From the NCBI GenBank assembly GCA_028023455.1, contig JAQFVV010000008.1, positions 19,158,001-19,222,000 on the forward strand: a stretch of 64,000 bases of DNA, written 5' to 3'. Below, piece by piece: positions 52,540 through 64,000 of the stretch. The notes under the pieces were generated by a model. That model was not told the DNA's origin. It was given only the letters and a program-made list of their open reading frames with translations, and did not search any database. The stretch is from Epiperipatus broadwayi. Lineage: Eukaryota > Animalia > Onychophora. Each line of letters opens with the position of its first letter. Within the stretch, counting starts at the first letter, position 1. The translations under genes and the position numbers were made by a program.

Positions 52540-52890
52540 TTTAGTTTAGCAGCTAGCTTGTGAGAATAAAGAATGGAGGACATTTTGTTGTTTAAAATAT
52601 AAGATGAAAAGTTTGGTCAATATATTCAAATGGATGTAACTTATTCCTAGTGAAGCTTTGGTGGAAGATAATATTCGCAATGGTAATTTTAATAAAAATT
52701 GTTTGTTAAATTGAACTGTGATTGTTTCACAAAATTTGAAGAAATGAAAAATAAAATTATTTTGGTCTAAATTTAACATATGCTGACTTGAAGCTGAAGC
52801 CATATGGAGCTGTCTATGGTCAAACAAGTGGAGGTAATGCTCTCTGAAAGAATTTAAGCATGAAATGAGATCCAAAAAACTGCCTTAAAA
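52540..52890 (-). mobile_element. Penelope-like RT C-terminal fragment
   Basis: SFLDLIS (cf. LPFLD) and ISYIHLNILTKLFILYFKQQNV (cf. IPY...SEKI-x-RI-x-K-x2-N). Explains ORF 52546-52875. Confidence 0.45.
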
Positions 52891-54793
52891 TTATCACTTA
52901 TCTGGGATTTAAATCTGATGCCACTCGCGATTAAATATCTACTTATAAGAAATATGATTTAGTCATTAATCTTGCTAAAAATGTATTTTTTATTTGTTTA
53001 ATCACGTATGTTCTTTTGCAAATTATTATTTAAAAGACATGATCCATCTGTAAGATAAATATTTCAATGTAAACATCTAGGAAGTTTACATTCTACTGAA
53101 AGATTTTATTTGAAAAAAAAAAAAAAACACTATTAAGGAAATCTTAAATACTGCTTCTTTTGGATTGTGAATATAAAGAAAAAAATAATAAATGCTTTGG
53201 AATATGTGAACAGTTAAGTGGATTAAATGACATTGGAATAAAGAAATTCCCTTATTTTAAAGTAAAGGAGTGATTTTTTTGTACGATCATACGTGACAGT
53301 AAAGAAATACTGCAGTAAGATTTAATTTATTTTCTAGAAAAAGTGTAATAGTAATAACAACAACAATAATGATGATGATGATAAGGAGGAGGTTGTATTA
53401 GTTTTTTTAATGCTATTAATTTTCAATTTATATATATGCAATCATCATGAGTAACTAATTATTATTATAAAATATTTGTTAATAAGTTATTGTAAAGTTG
53501 CAAAGTACTTGTAAATATCTGAGTGTATATGTGTATTAATTACTATCATGTTTTTTATATATGTGTATGTTGTGTGTTTTATTTTATTAAATATTTAATG
53601 AATAAAATTATATAAATTTATTTATAAATTTATCATGAGCCATTTTTATTTTGTTTGATGGTGCATTTATAACTTAAGAAATAGGTTCTCCAGCTGAATA
53701 TGTAAACGGAATGTAACCTGGTTATTTTGAATTTCTGCTCCATTGCATTCTCTTTCTTTGGAGAGTGGCATCAATAACAGATCTGTATAAGATAATTATT
53801 TATTCTTTCCTAATGGATAAAATAAAATTTTGTATATGAATGAATAGTAAATTCAAGAGTTTTTATGAATTAAAACTTCTGTTTTATGATTAGAGGTAAG
53901 TTTCCAGTACAATATAGATAATAGATAGTTATCAAAATTCATACTCATCACACATATAGATTTAAGATTGACAAATAAATGAAAACTTTGGTAATTTTTA
54001 TCAAATCTTAAATCTATTTAAGCTAGTGTATATTAATTCACAGTTTGGCCTTGATGTGCCATATAATTTTTTCATCAGTATCTGTACTGAGTTTTAACTT
54101 ACTTCCTCTGTCAATCTTCCATTAGAAGGGTTTTTGTCTTTATTTCTTAGCTTTAGTTTTTCTTCAATTTTGCATTGCTGTTTTTTTTTTTTGTTTTAAT
54201 TATTCTTTTCATCTTTTTTTCTAATATCTATATTGGGCAGTAATTCCATAGGACTATGTTATTGACAGTTCACATTATGCAGAAAAAGAAAGCAACTGGA
54301 AACTACTCCTGTATGCTATTTTTAAGTTTTATGAATTGACAGAATGTCATCAATATTATTGTGAAAGAATCAATGACGATTTGATAGTTCTTAATAATAA
54401 TTTAGATTCATTACCTACATATTAAATTAATAAAGTTAGTAATTTAAATATAGTGTGTTCATATTAATAAAATATTATTCAAATGAGAGAAAAATAATGA
54501 TCAATTGCAGTTTAAAAAGTGAAATAATTTGATTTGTGATCAAAGCAAGCATTATAATAAATATATAAAATTACATTATTTATTTAATGAAAAGTTACAT
54601 TAAAAAAATCCATTAAATTTCATACTTTTAAATGCATCACTATAGAACAGTCAGATAATTTTTATAAGAAACTAAAATTTTAAAGTTAATATGATTATCT
54701 AACAATCATCACTAGTTTGGATTTGTGTTTTGGAGAAACTAATTTAGATTGGTAAGATTTTTTTAGATATAATTTTTTTTAAATCTATATATT

Positions 54794-55260
54794 ATCATCA
54801 TCAACCATTATCAATCCACTGCAGGATGAAGGTCTCTCCAAGTTTAATCCATCTTCTCTGATCTTTAGCTTCTCTTCTCCACAACACCCCTGCACATTTT
54901 CTTATTTCATCAATCCATCTCACATGTGGTCTCGTTCTGGGTCTTTTACAATCTCTTGGAATCCAGTTTAAAATTTCAATTGTCCATCTATTATCATCTC
55001 TTCTAGCAATATGTCCAGCCCAACTCTATTTCAATCTTTTAATTTCTTCAATAAGGTCAGTAACACCTGTTTGTTGTCTTACCCATACATTGCGTTTTCG
55101 ATCTCTTCTTGTTACTCCCAACATACATCTCTCCATACTCCTTTGAGTAGTCTGAAGTCTCTGTATTGCTCTTCTATTAAGTATCCAAGTCTCAGATCCA
55201 ACACATTTGTTAAAAACCATCCTTTTCAAACACATAGGCATATTTCTTCTATAATTTGAA
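54794..55260 (-). mobile_element. 5'-truncated RTE-clade LINE 3' end, relatively well preserved
   Basis: GSETWILNRRAIQRLQTTQRSMERCMLGVTRRDRKRNVWVRQQTGV, then after a frameshift WAGHIARRDD...RPHVRW...LQWIDNG, followed by a (TGA)n tail. Confidence 0.9.
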
Positions 55261-56169
55261 ATTTTTTTTTTTTTTAATAATTTAAAAATCAGATAGGGAA
55301 GAAGCATAATCCAATTTAACAACTTTATATAAATTATTTTAGAATTGTTTATAATCCATGGAAAAAAAAAATAGAATGGTTTATTGCTTGGAGTTCATAA
55401 GAAATCTAAATGCCAGAAATGACTCATTTGGCCATAATCTCCAGATCTTGAGCTCCAAAGGATGCCACTCTAACACTCCACTTAACCATGCTGAGGAAGA
55501 AAATAATGCAAAAAGAACAAAAAAAGTTGTATTATTTTCTACTTTAATTACATTAAGTTGCAAACTCACTTATAGCAAAAAATCCAGTTATCATAATTAT
55601 ATATATAAGGTTTATCTGCAATATATTTACTGCATAAAAAGTCATTTAGTATTAATACATTTATAAACTATTTATCTTCATAGATCAAACAGTTTTTAAA
55701 TAGCTCACTTTTAAGCAAAGAAATCTCAAATCATCCTCACAGAGAAACAGTAAAAGATGATAACATTAATCATCAAGGTTATCAATAACTGAATAGTGAG
55801 GATATGAACAGTTTTTATCTTAGCTAAGAATAATTAGACATTTATTTATTAGCTAATATTAAATAGTTATCTAAGTTTATTTTGATCTGCTATCTGAAAG
55901 AAAAATGCTAAGTTTGATTAGAATTGTTTCCATGCTTTACTTTGTGCAGGTTTAAACTCCAGTTTATTGCATAACTGGTGGATATGTTATCCAAATGCCA
56001 TGTGCATACATTAATGTTTATGACAAACATATATATTTTGTATATTGAAAATAAACATTTTGATTTCAGTATATTATTATCTGACCATTGTTAGTTTCTA
56101 CCAATATTTTCCTATATTATATTGCTTAAAATTATAAAGTTGTTTGCATTTTTTATAGTTCTGAATCTT

Positions 56170-56390
56170 CATTTTTTGTGATCAATTTTGTCTTTTCCAC
56201 CAATATTGATCGTCTACATTATGAAGTTTTCTCTAAATTTAATTTATTTTTTCTAATCCATAGTTTTTCTTCTTTACATCACTGCAGCAAATTTTCATGT
56301 CTTAGTAATACTTTTATATATATTCTAAGTCCTTTATCATTTTTTTGTGATCCAGCTTAAGACTTCAATTCTCTATCTATTAATATCTCT
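56170..56390 (-). mobile_element. Short RTE-like 3' remnant
   Basis: Minus strand RHENLLQ matches the RTE/BovB-type HILRH-x2-LL motif. Confidence 0.4.
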
Positions 56391-56479
56391 TTAATCAGTA
56401 TAACCAACTCAGCTCCATTTTAGCCTTTAATTCATTTAATAATATTGTAACAAAACATTTTGTTACACTCTTAAATTTT

Positions 56480-57605
56480 GCGAGATTGCAACATATGGTG
56501 GCCGTTCGAGGGCGCCATCAAGCATTTCTGCCTAGACCGTATTATAAATTTTTTATAATAATGGTTAATTTATTTATGAATGGCAGTCACCAAATGCAAA
56601 CCTTAAAATAATTTTCTTTTAACGAACCAAAAGATTACAAAATGGAATATAAGAATTAATTATAATAAACAAAAAAAAAACAAAAACAAATCGACACTTC
56701 ACTATTGTTGAAATATTTATTATACCTTTATTATATTTGTTGGTTATTCCCTTCCCTTGTATTTGTCAAATCAAACCCTCTCGATCCTTTTTCTTTCTAA
56801 TCAAGAATTAACATGTATCGTTCTCGAAGGAACATGCTCCCTCACTTTACTAATTATACAATATTTCATCAAATATCATGGTATATAACTATGAGTGAAC
56901 TCAAGGGCGACTTACTATAAGAGTGTGTTTGTTAAAAACAAACGCACTCAAACCTCCTTTTTCTATTGTTAAATCTTTTTATCTTAAATTTTTACTTGTC
57001 CTTAGATCGAGTATACAATTTTTCTTATTCCTATCTATACATTATAAGAACAACAATCATAGAAACTAAAGGTAAGTTTAATTAATAGAACAAAACCCCC
57101 CCAAAAAATAAATAATAATAAAAAAACAATATAATGTGGATTAATTTGAATTAATAAATACATCTTAAAGACTACATATCTTCCCTTTCCATTGCTGAAA
57201 CTTTGAGATATTTGAAGTGAAGGCATTTCTTTCTTTTTTAAAATCTATTACGCAAATGTCTCTTGAGATTATAACAAAAAAAAGTCTATTTACCCTTATC
57301 GGTCAGTGTAGATCCTGTGTGGGTGGAATATTTCACCTTATATTCTTCGTGGTTTGTCCGTGTCTTCTTCCAGTCCATTCTCCTTGGCTAGCTCTCTATG
57401 TCTGGTATTTACAAGGCAGTTCCAAGTGATAATAGGAAGAGGTTCCCAGAAGGGAAAGTTCTGTTAGATCTAGCCGCTCAACATTTTCTCCTTGCGCTTT
57501 GCAGATTTTTTTAATATTGAAAAAGTCTGAGCCGAATTGAAACTTATAGATTAGATATTGACCTCGGCAGAAATCCAATTAATTAGCACAAAAGGAAAGT
57601 CCGTA
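56480..57605. promoter_or_regulatory. CpG-retaining island; candidate unmethylated promoter or first-exon region
   Basis: About 22 CpG counted by eye in ~1.1 kb, versus about 3 in ~3.5 kb of the RTE at 24450-28000. Confidence 0.4.
57337..57378 (-). CDS. Candidate first coding exon MDWKKTRTNHEEYK
   Basis: gagaATGG start at 57378 and 14 codons ending exactly at AAG|GTGAAA, inside the CpG-retaining island. No downstream exon could be confirmed. Confidence 0.25.
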
Positions 57606-60269
57606 ATTTATAGTTTTTTTTCTAAAGTCTCAATTCACACCTTTAATATTCTCTTCTTTTATTTCATATTTTATTTTAAAATCCCAAAGAAACATTCCAA
57701 TTGATCAGTGTAACAGATAGCATAAAAAAACCTTCATTATCAAAGTCCCAACAATAGAACTAATTGCTTTCTTTTCCTTCCTATTTTTAAGAATTTTTTT
57801 AAAAAACTAAACAAAAGACAAACTTTTATCAAAAATCTTGATCTAATTTATTTTAACTTCTTAAAACTCCATTTTAAAATTAAGTGCTAATTTTTTTTTT
57901 TGTAAAATTATGTATTATAAAACGATATTTATATTTTAACAAAATATATATGTGCGTATATATATATGTGAGCTGATAGAAAAGTACGTGTTTATTTATT
58001 TCTAATAAAATAAGTTTATTATAATGTATATATTTTATCTTTACAAAATATGTGTGTATATATATGTATGATTATGAGCTGGCAGAAAATACCAGCTCAA
58101 TATCAATGATCATTTTTTATTATCTCAATTTTATATTTTGTTTTCAATTCATTCTTGTTACTTTCAGCATACATTTCTCCATATTTTTTTGTTGTGAAGT
58201 TTGAAATCTCTGTATTGCAATTCTGTTAAGCATTCAAGCTTTGAGTTCATATATAAGAGCTAGTAAAATGTATCTATTAAAAATTTTTGTTTTAAAATTT
58301 TAGACATATTTATTTTTAATATTAAGATATCAAAAATACCCCATTCAACTTAAATTCTAAAATTAATTTTATTTATTATTGTAACTATAACAAACCTGAG
58401 AGCAGTTGGAATGTGGTTATATTACAAAGCTCCATGAAAAAAAAAGCTTAATAAATACTCATCATTGAAATTAAGTAATAAAAACTTAAACTGCCATGTG
58501 CATATGTGCATGTATATACATGTCACTAGAATAAACTGCTTAAAAAATTAAAAGTATTTACTTTGTAGTATGAGTGAAATCTAATGATAAATTACACTGT
58601 AAAAGATGAAAGAAAAATGGTTTGATGCATGCAAAGACTTGAACCGTGTAGTTTATAAAAATATAAAGCATTTGAACTTTGCTGAATCTGCCTTAAAATG
58701 GAAGTTTTATTTAAACAACTTATCAATTCTTAAAATAAATCTGATGGCAGATCTGAAAATACTATTTAAAAGTATGAGTTAATAAAAACAAGTAAATTAT
58801 TGTGCTATATTTAAAGATCCACAAATATTTTTCTTCCAAAAATATCAAATCGTGACACAATATATATAAATTTTGGCCTACAACATATTTTTTCAAAAAC
58901 ATATTGTCAAGAAAGAGAAGTCAAATCTTAATAATCAGAAGATGATGAATCCATTGTTTGAAAAACATGCTGAATAACATCAAATATATATAAATAGGTC
59001 TGAAGCAAGCAACTTGCATTCCATTTCAACCATGTCCAGCAGATAAAGTCCAGTTAGGCTATCTAGACTACCTTATTTATTTGAAGACTCAACTGAAGAA
59101 GTAGTGTGGCAGGGATCCAATGCTGAGAAGAGAAACTACTGATTAAAATTGCTTTTCTCCAATAACTGGATAACCTTATTAACTGACTGTTTTTAAAGTA
59201 TTTTTCAGTACTACTTATAACAGCCAGTATCATGACTTTATCCACCAGAAGACTACAATGTATGGCTAGGCAACAGAAAAAACATACCAGTCAAACTACC
59301 TGGAAAATGCAGTCAGATCTAAAAGCTAACATTGATGATTTCCAAAACTAACCAGTGCCTGTCATAATAATGTAAAGGAATAAAGGAACAATGCCATAAG
59401 AACTACCCAAGGTCTACTGATATTATAGCTTATATAACAGTGCCAACACTCCTAGATTTTTTCTTTAAATCACCAGTGCTCAAGGAGAACTATCATCTTT
59501 GGAGGAATTAACGAAGATAACCAAAATATAAACCATATTAATGACTGTTTAAATCTTTACATGATAAGATCTTATCATTATGAATATTATAAGGCCTTAA
59601 ATTTTTTGGTATGTAATATTTTGTATACATATTGATAGTTGTGAATATATATATGCAACAATTTTATTTATTCAGTATTAGAAAATTGTTAACTTATTTT
59701 AGTTTTAAATTGGATTTCCCATTCAAATAAAAAAATCCAAAATTTCAATAGTTGCTTTTCAAAAAATTTTGTTTCAAAATGTTAATTTTTAAAGATAAAA
59801 TCTTTTCTATATAAAATTTTATTCTTGTTTGTGTGATCGACATGTTGGACACACCCGTTGTAAATCCTAAAATAACATAACAGTAGTTTTTCCCAATCAC
59901 ACTTAAGTTTTATCAAATTTTCTATAAGATAATTTATCAGTAAATCTAAATAAATTCTGAGTAGCACATAAAACTATGAGGAGCAGAAAAATTTAACCAA
60001 GATATAAAATCTGATATATATATATAAACATTACAAGCATAAAGCTAAACTAGTCAATAAATAATTAAAAGTTCTTTTAATATTAAGGGTGGATGGGAAG
60101 TAAATGGAATTGTGGGTAATGTTTAATTTAAATATGGTATTGTTTTGTAGTTATTTACACTTGAGAAATCTGCTTGTAGCAGTGAAACCATTGGTTGTGT
60201 TTTTAATTTTATTTCTTGGCTAGTCTGGTTGAGTTTGGATTTGGAGTAATTTTAATTATATATATAATA

Positions 60270-63064
60270 GGCGGATAACAGCATGACAAAATAATAATGG
60301 GAAGATAAAATGGGAATTTGAAAACAGGAAATTATCAATTCCATTGATGAGTGCAAGGGGTTACTTACCCGAAGATGCTGTTTCATTTCATAATGGTCGA
60401 TTTTCATTATTAATTCATCTTTGCTTTTTACTCTCCAGTGTTTCATCATCTAATAAGCATGAAGTTAATCCCTTCAGCAATTTCTGGTCACTCAGCTCAG
60501 TTCATATCAATTGACCTCAGTAATATACAAGTCTCTAGACTGCAATTAACTAGAACAATCAGAAGGTTGATTCCAACCTTAACACCCGAATTTATTTTTT
60601 TAGAGACTTATATCATGTGGAATAAGATTCTTTCAATGACTTTAACCCAATACAGCAATATTTAGCTTACATTAATATCTTGTCATTTAACCTTAATCAT
60701 ATAGTGAAAAATCAGCCACCTCTCTCAGGGTTGTTGAAGCTTGCACAACAAATTCGTAAATGTATTATGGCGATAACCCCTACTCAAGACACACAAAAAT
60801 GTATACATATACTAACAAATGCTTATAACAAGGCATGTGAAGCATTGATGAGTTATTTAACAAATAAAATAGAATATGCCTAATGCATCAACAGACATGC
60901 ACTTGGCAATACATTAGATGGGCATTAGGGAGGGGACCGGAAATCAAAGTGCCATTAGCAATTAAAATCAACAATGTAACATATACTGGAAATAATATGA
61001 TCTTACCAATTCTTAACTATTTTAAAGATAAGCTGGGACCAGGAAAATTGATACAATACCAGCCAAATGTATTTGGAGTGGCAGAAATTAAATCATCATA
61101 TGCAATAGATGATTTTATAATGAAAATGAATGAAATGCCAAACAACTGTCACCCAGGAAGCCCTGGAATTCCATTGCTCATATTAAAACACCTTGACAAG
61201 CTGACTAGCAAATGCCTGTACCAGCTGCCAAATTATTTATCACAGGGAATAATAACAATGGAGGGAGTTAATATGATCATGATGGTGGCATGTAATAAAA
61301 AAAGAAGCCCATCCCTTTATCAGAGATAAGGCCAATATCAATGGGTCGATTGCCCATAAAGATTTTAGAAAAAGTAATTAAAGATAAATTAGAACCATTT
61401 ATTTTGCCGATGATTTCTCCAGCTCAATTTGCAAAAAAACATTCATCTACCACATAAGCTGCTGTTATTTAAGGCTATTTTGACATCAGTTAGAGAAACG
61501 AAAAGATATGGCCCGATTGTTGTACAGCTGGATATTGCTTTGGCTTTTGACAATGTTGATATATCTATACTGTTGAAATTATTGAATGACACTGAAATGC
61601 CAAAATCACATATAGATGTTATAACAAATTTACTTTTAAATCATGAACTTCACATTACCCTAAATGGCAGAAATTCGCCAGCTTTCACACCAACTAAATC
61701 ACTTTCACAGGGGTCCCCACTTAGTGCTATCTTATTCATTTTATATATAAATCCCCTTCTTGTTCGATTACAACAGGCATTTGAGGGAATGGAGATCCCG
61801 ATAGCAGGTCAAAAATTGACCTGCATTGCATATATAGATGATGTTACAGTTTTTCTGACATCAAAAAAGCAGATACCAAAACTACAGATGATTTTAGAAG
61901 AATACTCAAAGGAATTTAAACCAAGTTTCAATCCAGAAAAAAACAGCAGCATGGACTATATTCACAGGAAGGCCATGTACATCCATTTTCCAGGCAAAGC
62001 CAGGCTCATTCCTTGGGTTTCCATTACATTTGGGGACTACTGGCATGAGATGTCATTTGCAGAACAAATTGAAAAATGAAATACAGCAAATAGCAGACTC
62101 TCTAGACAATACCTATATGTCAGTATATTCTAAGATTCAATTAATTAATAGTTTGATAATGACTAAGATAATTTACTTTATGACAGTGGTTGCTTTCTCA
62201 AAGGCTTTTATCTCAAATTAAGACCATTTGAAATCAGCTACTATGGTCAAGGAAAGTCGTGGCAATATCAATGTCAAAACTATATCAACTACTGAATTAA
62301 AATGGTTTGGGGTTACATGATATTGGTATTTTTGACAAACAGAGAATGAGGAACAATATAATTGATATTGTTAAACAATTTCCAAAAATTAAGCAGGTCA
62401 TAGAGGTCATTCCAACTGATAAACTACCACCAAAAAAATTATCATATTTTGAACAATTAATATATCATTGTAAAACAATCAAAAATCCCAGAGAAAGTAC
62501 AAATACTGGGAAATTTATGAACTAATAAATGAAGATAATAACACAATTGCTTTGGAACCGCTACTGGGAATTAATAATAAACAACTGGTTAAAAGGTATA
62601 AACAATGGGTCTTAGAACCAAAGTTTTTCAATTTTCTGGTAAAACTTAATTTATATGCATTACCTACCACATATTGTCTTTGCCATAAAAGATTGTATAT
62701 TTCAATTGATCTCTTTTGTGGGTTATACCATTGAGCTGAGGCAACCCTATCACATCTGAAGTATCACTGAGGGACTTAGGCAGATAAGAAATCTGATAAC
62801 TAGCAATTACAGGAAGTCTAATGTAACAATGCATCAATTTCTGCATTTAGAGAAGGATTAACACCAAGTGTCAGGGCAGCATCCTTTGTGCTATATGCAT
62901 ACTCATGTACTAGATTCATCTATCTAATTGGTAACAATTCCAGGAGACATCCAGCTACTTTTTCAAATAAACTTGCACTGATACAGAAAAGGAGTAAGAC
63001 ACTGGCCAGACCTGACATTTATGCAGCAACCTGGTCATTACTTAAGATTAGATCAATGTTATAG
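60270..63064 (+). mobile_element. L1/Tx1-like LINE ORF2 (5'-truncated endonuclease, RT, zf-RVT), pseudogenised
   Basis: KIIMGR*NGNL, SFHNGRFS...ISGHSAQ (APE middle and C-terminus); RPISMGRLPIKILEKVI, LDIALAFDNVD, SQGSPLSAILFILYINPLL, AYIDDVTVF (RT); SKIQLINSLIMTKIIY, GLHDI, KLNLYALPT...FCGLYH*AEATLSHL (zf-RVT). Stop at ~63064. Starts right after a (TA)n run. Confidence 0.9.
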
Positions 63065-63189
63065 TGACAAAAATGATAAAACTCTTAGGAACCGGTATAG
63101 TGTGTTTTTTATTTTTGAAAACCTGAAATCTTGCAACATCAGTGAATTTTGGGAATAGGACATATTTAAAAGAAACATAGGACCAGTAA

Positions 63190-63330
63190 CACCAGTTTGA
63201 ACATTATAAGTTGGAAAATTAAACACTATAAAGAAACTTAGAAGGATACACATGAAAATTGTGTTATACATTTGGCAGAATGGACAACCCAGGATATTAT
63301 ATGTAGACAGGAGCTAGGTTTTAAGCTCAC
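63190..63330 (+). mobile_element. APE-endonuclease N-terminal fragment
   Basis: A single frame reads SLNIISWKI...(one stop)...QDIICRQEL, matching I(I/S)SWN...DIICLQE at roughly normal spacing. Confidence 0.5.
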
Positions 63331-63524
63331 GTAAATCCAGAAAGAACTCTATCAAAAATGACAATGTAAATATTAAAATTTGTAATCAACTTGTAGCAGT
63401 TAATTTACTATGTAGACAGGAACTAGGTTTTAAGCTCATGTAAATCCAGAAAGAACTGTATCAAAAATGACAATGTAAATATTAAAATTTGTAATCAAGT
63501 TGTAGCAGTTAATTTACTATGTAG
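63301..63524. repeat. 109-bp tandem duplication
   Basis: atgtagacagga(g/a)ctaggttttaagctca... starts at 63301 and 63410. Confidence 0.95.
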
Positions 63525-63569
63525 CCACTAATGTCGTATTCTTTTGAGACAATAACGGCCTTTTGAAAC

Positions 63570-64000
63570 AACAACAACAACAACAACAATAATAATAATA
63601 ATAATTATAATAATATCAGCCTTTTAATTGTGCATATGCTTTGCGAGTGTTAATAATAAATGAATACTTTCTCACCAATACAAGATATAGTATTTATGCA
63701 GGAATAAAAGGAATTCTCTTATTCCTATGACCCAAATGCTTATATATGAGCAAATCTGAAAAGTTGTCAATTAAGGTATTGATGGTAATCCTATTGTTGT
63801 GTGAGATTGTAGTGATCAGTTGCCTATATTTTGTCAGTGATGAGCAGTTCAGCAGAAAATAATTCATTGTTTCTTCCTCTCTATTGCAGGTGGAGCACAC
63901 AAGGTCTATTTTTGAATATCGCATCTTTCTTGAAAGAAATTCATTTGTGGGCAAGGCTTCTAAATTGATCTTAATCATGAAATCTAGGTATTTCGGTTCA
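63570..64000 (-). mobile_element. 3' end of another LINE (zf-RVT) with a microsatellite tail, running off the window edge
   Basis: ORF 63694-63978: KINLEALPTNEFL...CSTCNREEETMNYFLLNCSSL (C-x2-C...C). The (AAC)n(AAT)n tract at ~63570-63615 lies at its 3' side. Confidence 0.75.

Noticed and set aside
53725-54175. Two minus-strand exon candidates (…RLTEE|GTAAGT and DLLLMPLSKERECNGAEIQNNQ)
   Set aside because: Weak acceptor for the first and incompatible phases between the two.
55380-55490. Strong minus-strand acceptor followed by WLSGVLEWHPLELK
   Set aside because: Better explained as a decayed RTE 3' motif (W-x3-LEW-x-P...GRP) than as a host exon.
58900-59500. Possible further L1/Tx1-like RT C-terminal relic
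   Set aside because: Only vague motif similarity scattered across frames.
1-64000. tRNA, rRNA, CRISPR arrays or prokaryotic operons
   Set aside because: No cloverleaf, rRNA-like sequence, repeat-spacer array or gene-dense organisation seen; content is eukaryotic TE-derived.

Overview
Very AT-rich eukaryotic, probably invertebrate, DNA that is mostly a graveyard of decayed transposable elements. No intact protein-coding gene, RNA gene or CRISPR array is supportable. Most entries in the ORF track are pieces of broken TE genes or chance ORFs. TEs recognised from translated motifs, termini or TSDs: a Helitron fragment; two Ty3/Gypsy elements with paired LTRs (one lacking RT/RNase H, one carrying a nested insertion series with TSDs); Penelope-like fragments; several RTE-clade LINEs; L1/Tx1-like LINEs; a mariner; two hAT relics; and a 48-bp-TIR MITE. 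Old TEs are strongly CpG-depleted, while several islands retain CpG; two of these islands sit beside candidate exons. Most unusual structures: (1) two unrelated perfect ~80-bp palindromes centred on (TA)n; (2) an L1/Tx1-like ORF2 followed ~130 bp after its stop by what looks like the endonuclease N-terminus missing from its 5' end; (3) a reconstructable Gypsy < solo LTR < LINE-like nest. All family calls come from manual translation and motif recall, with no database searches. Coordinates of decayed elements are approximate.
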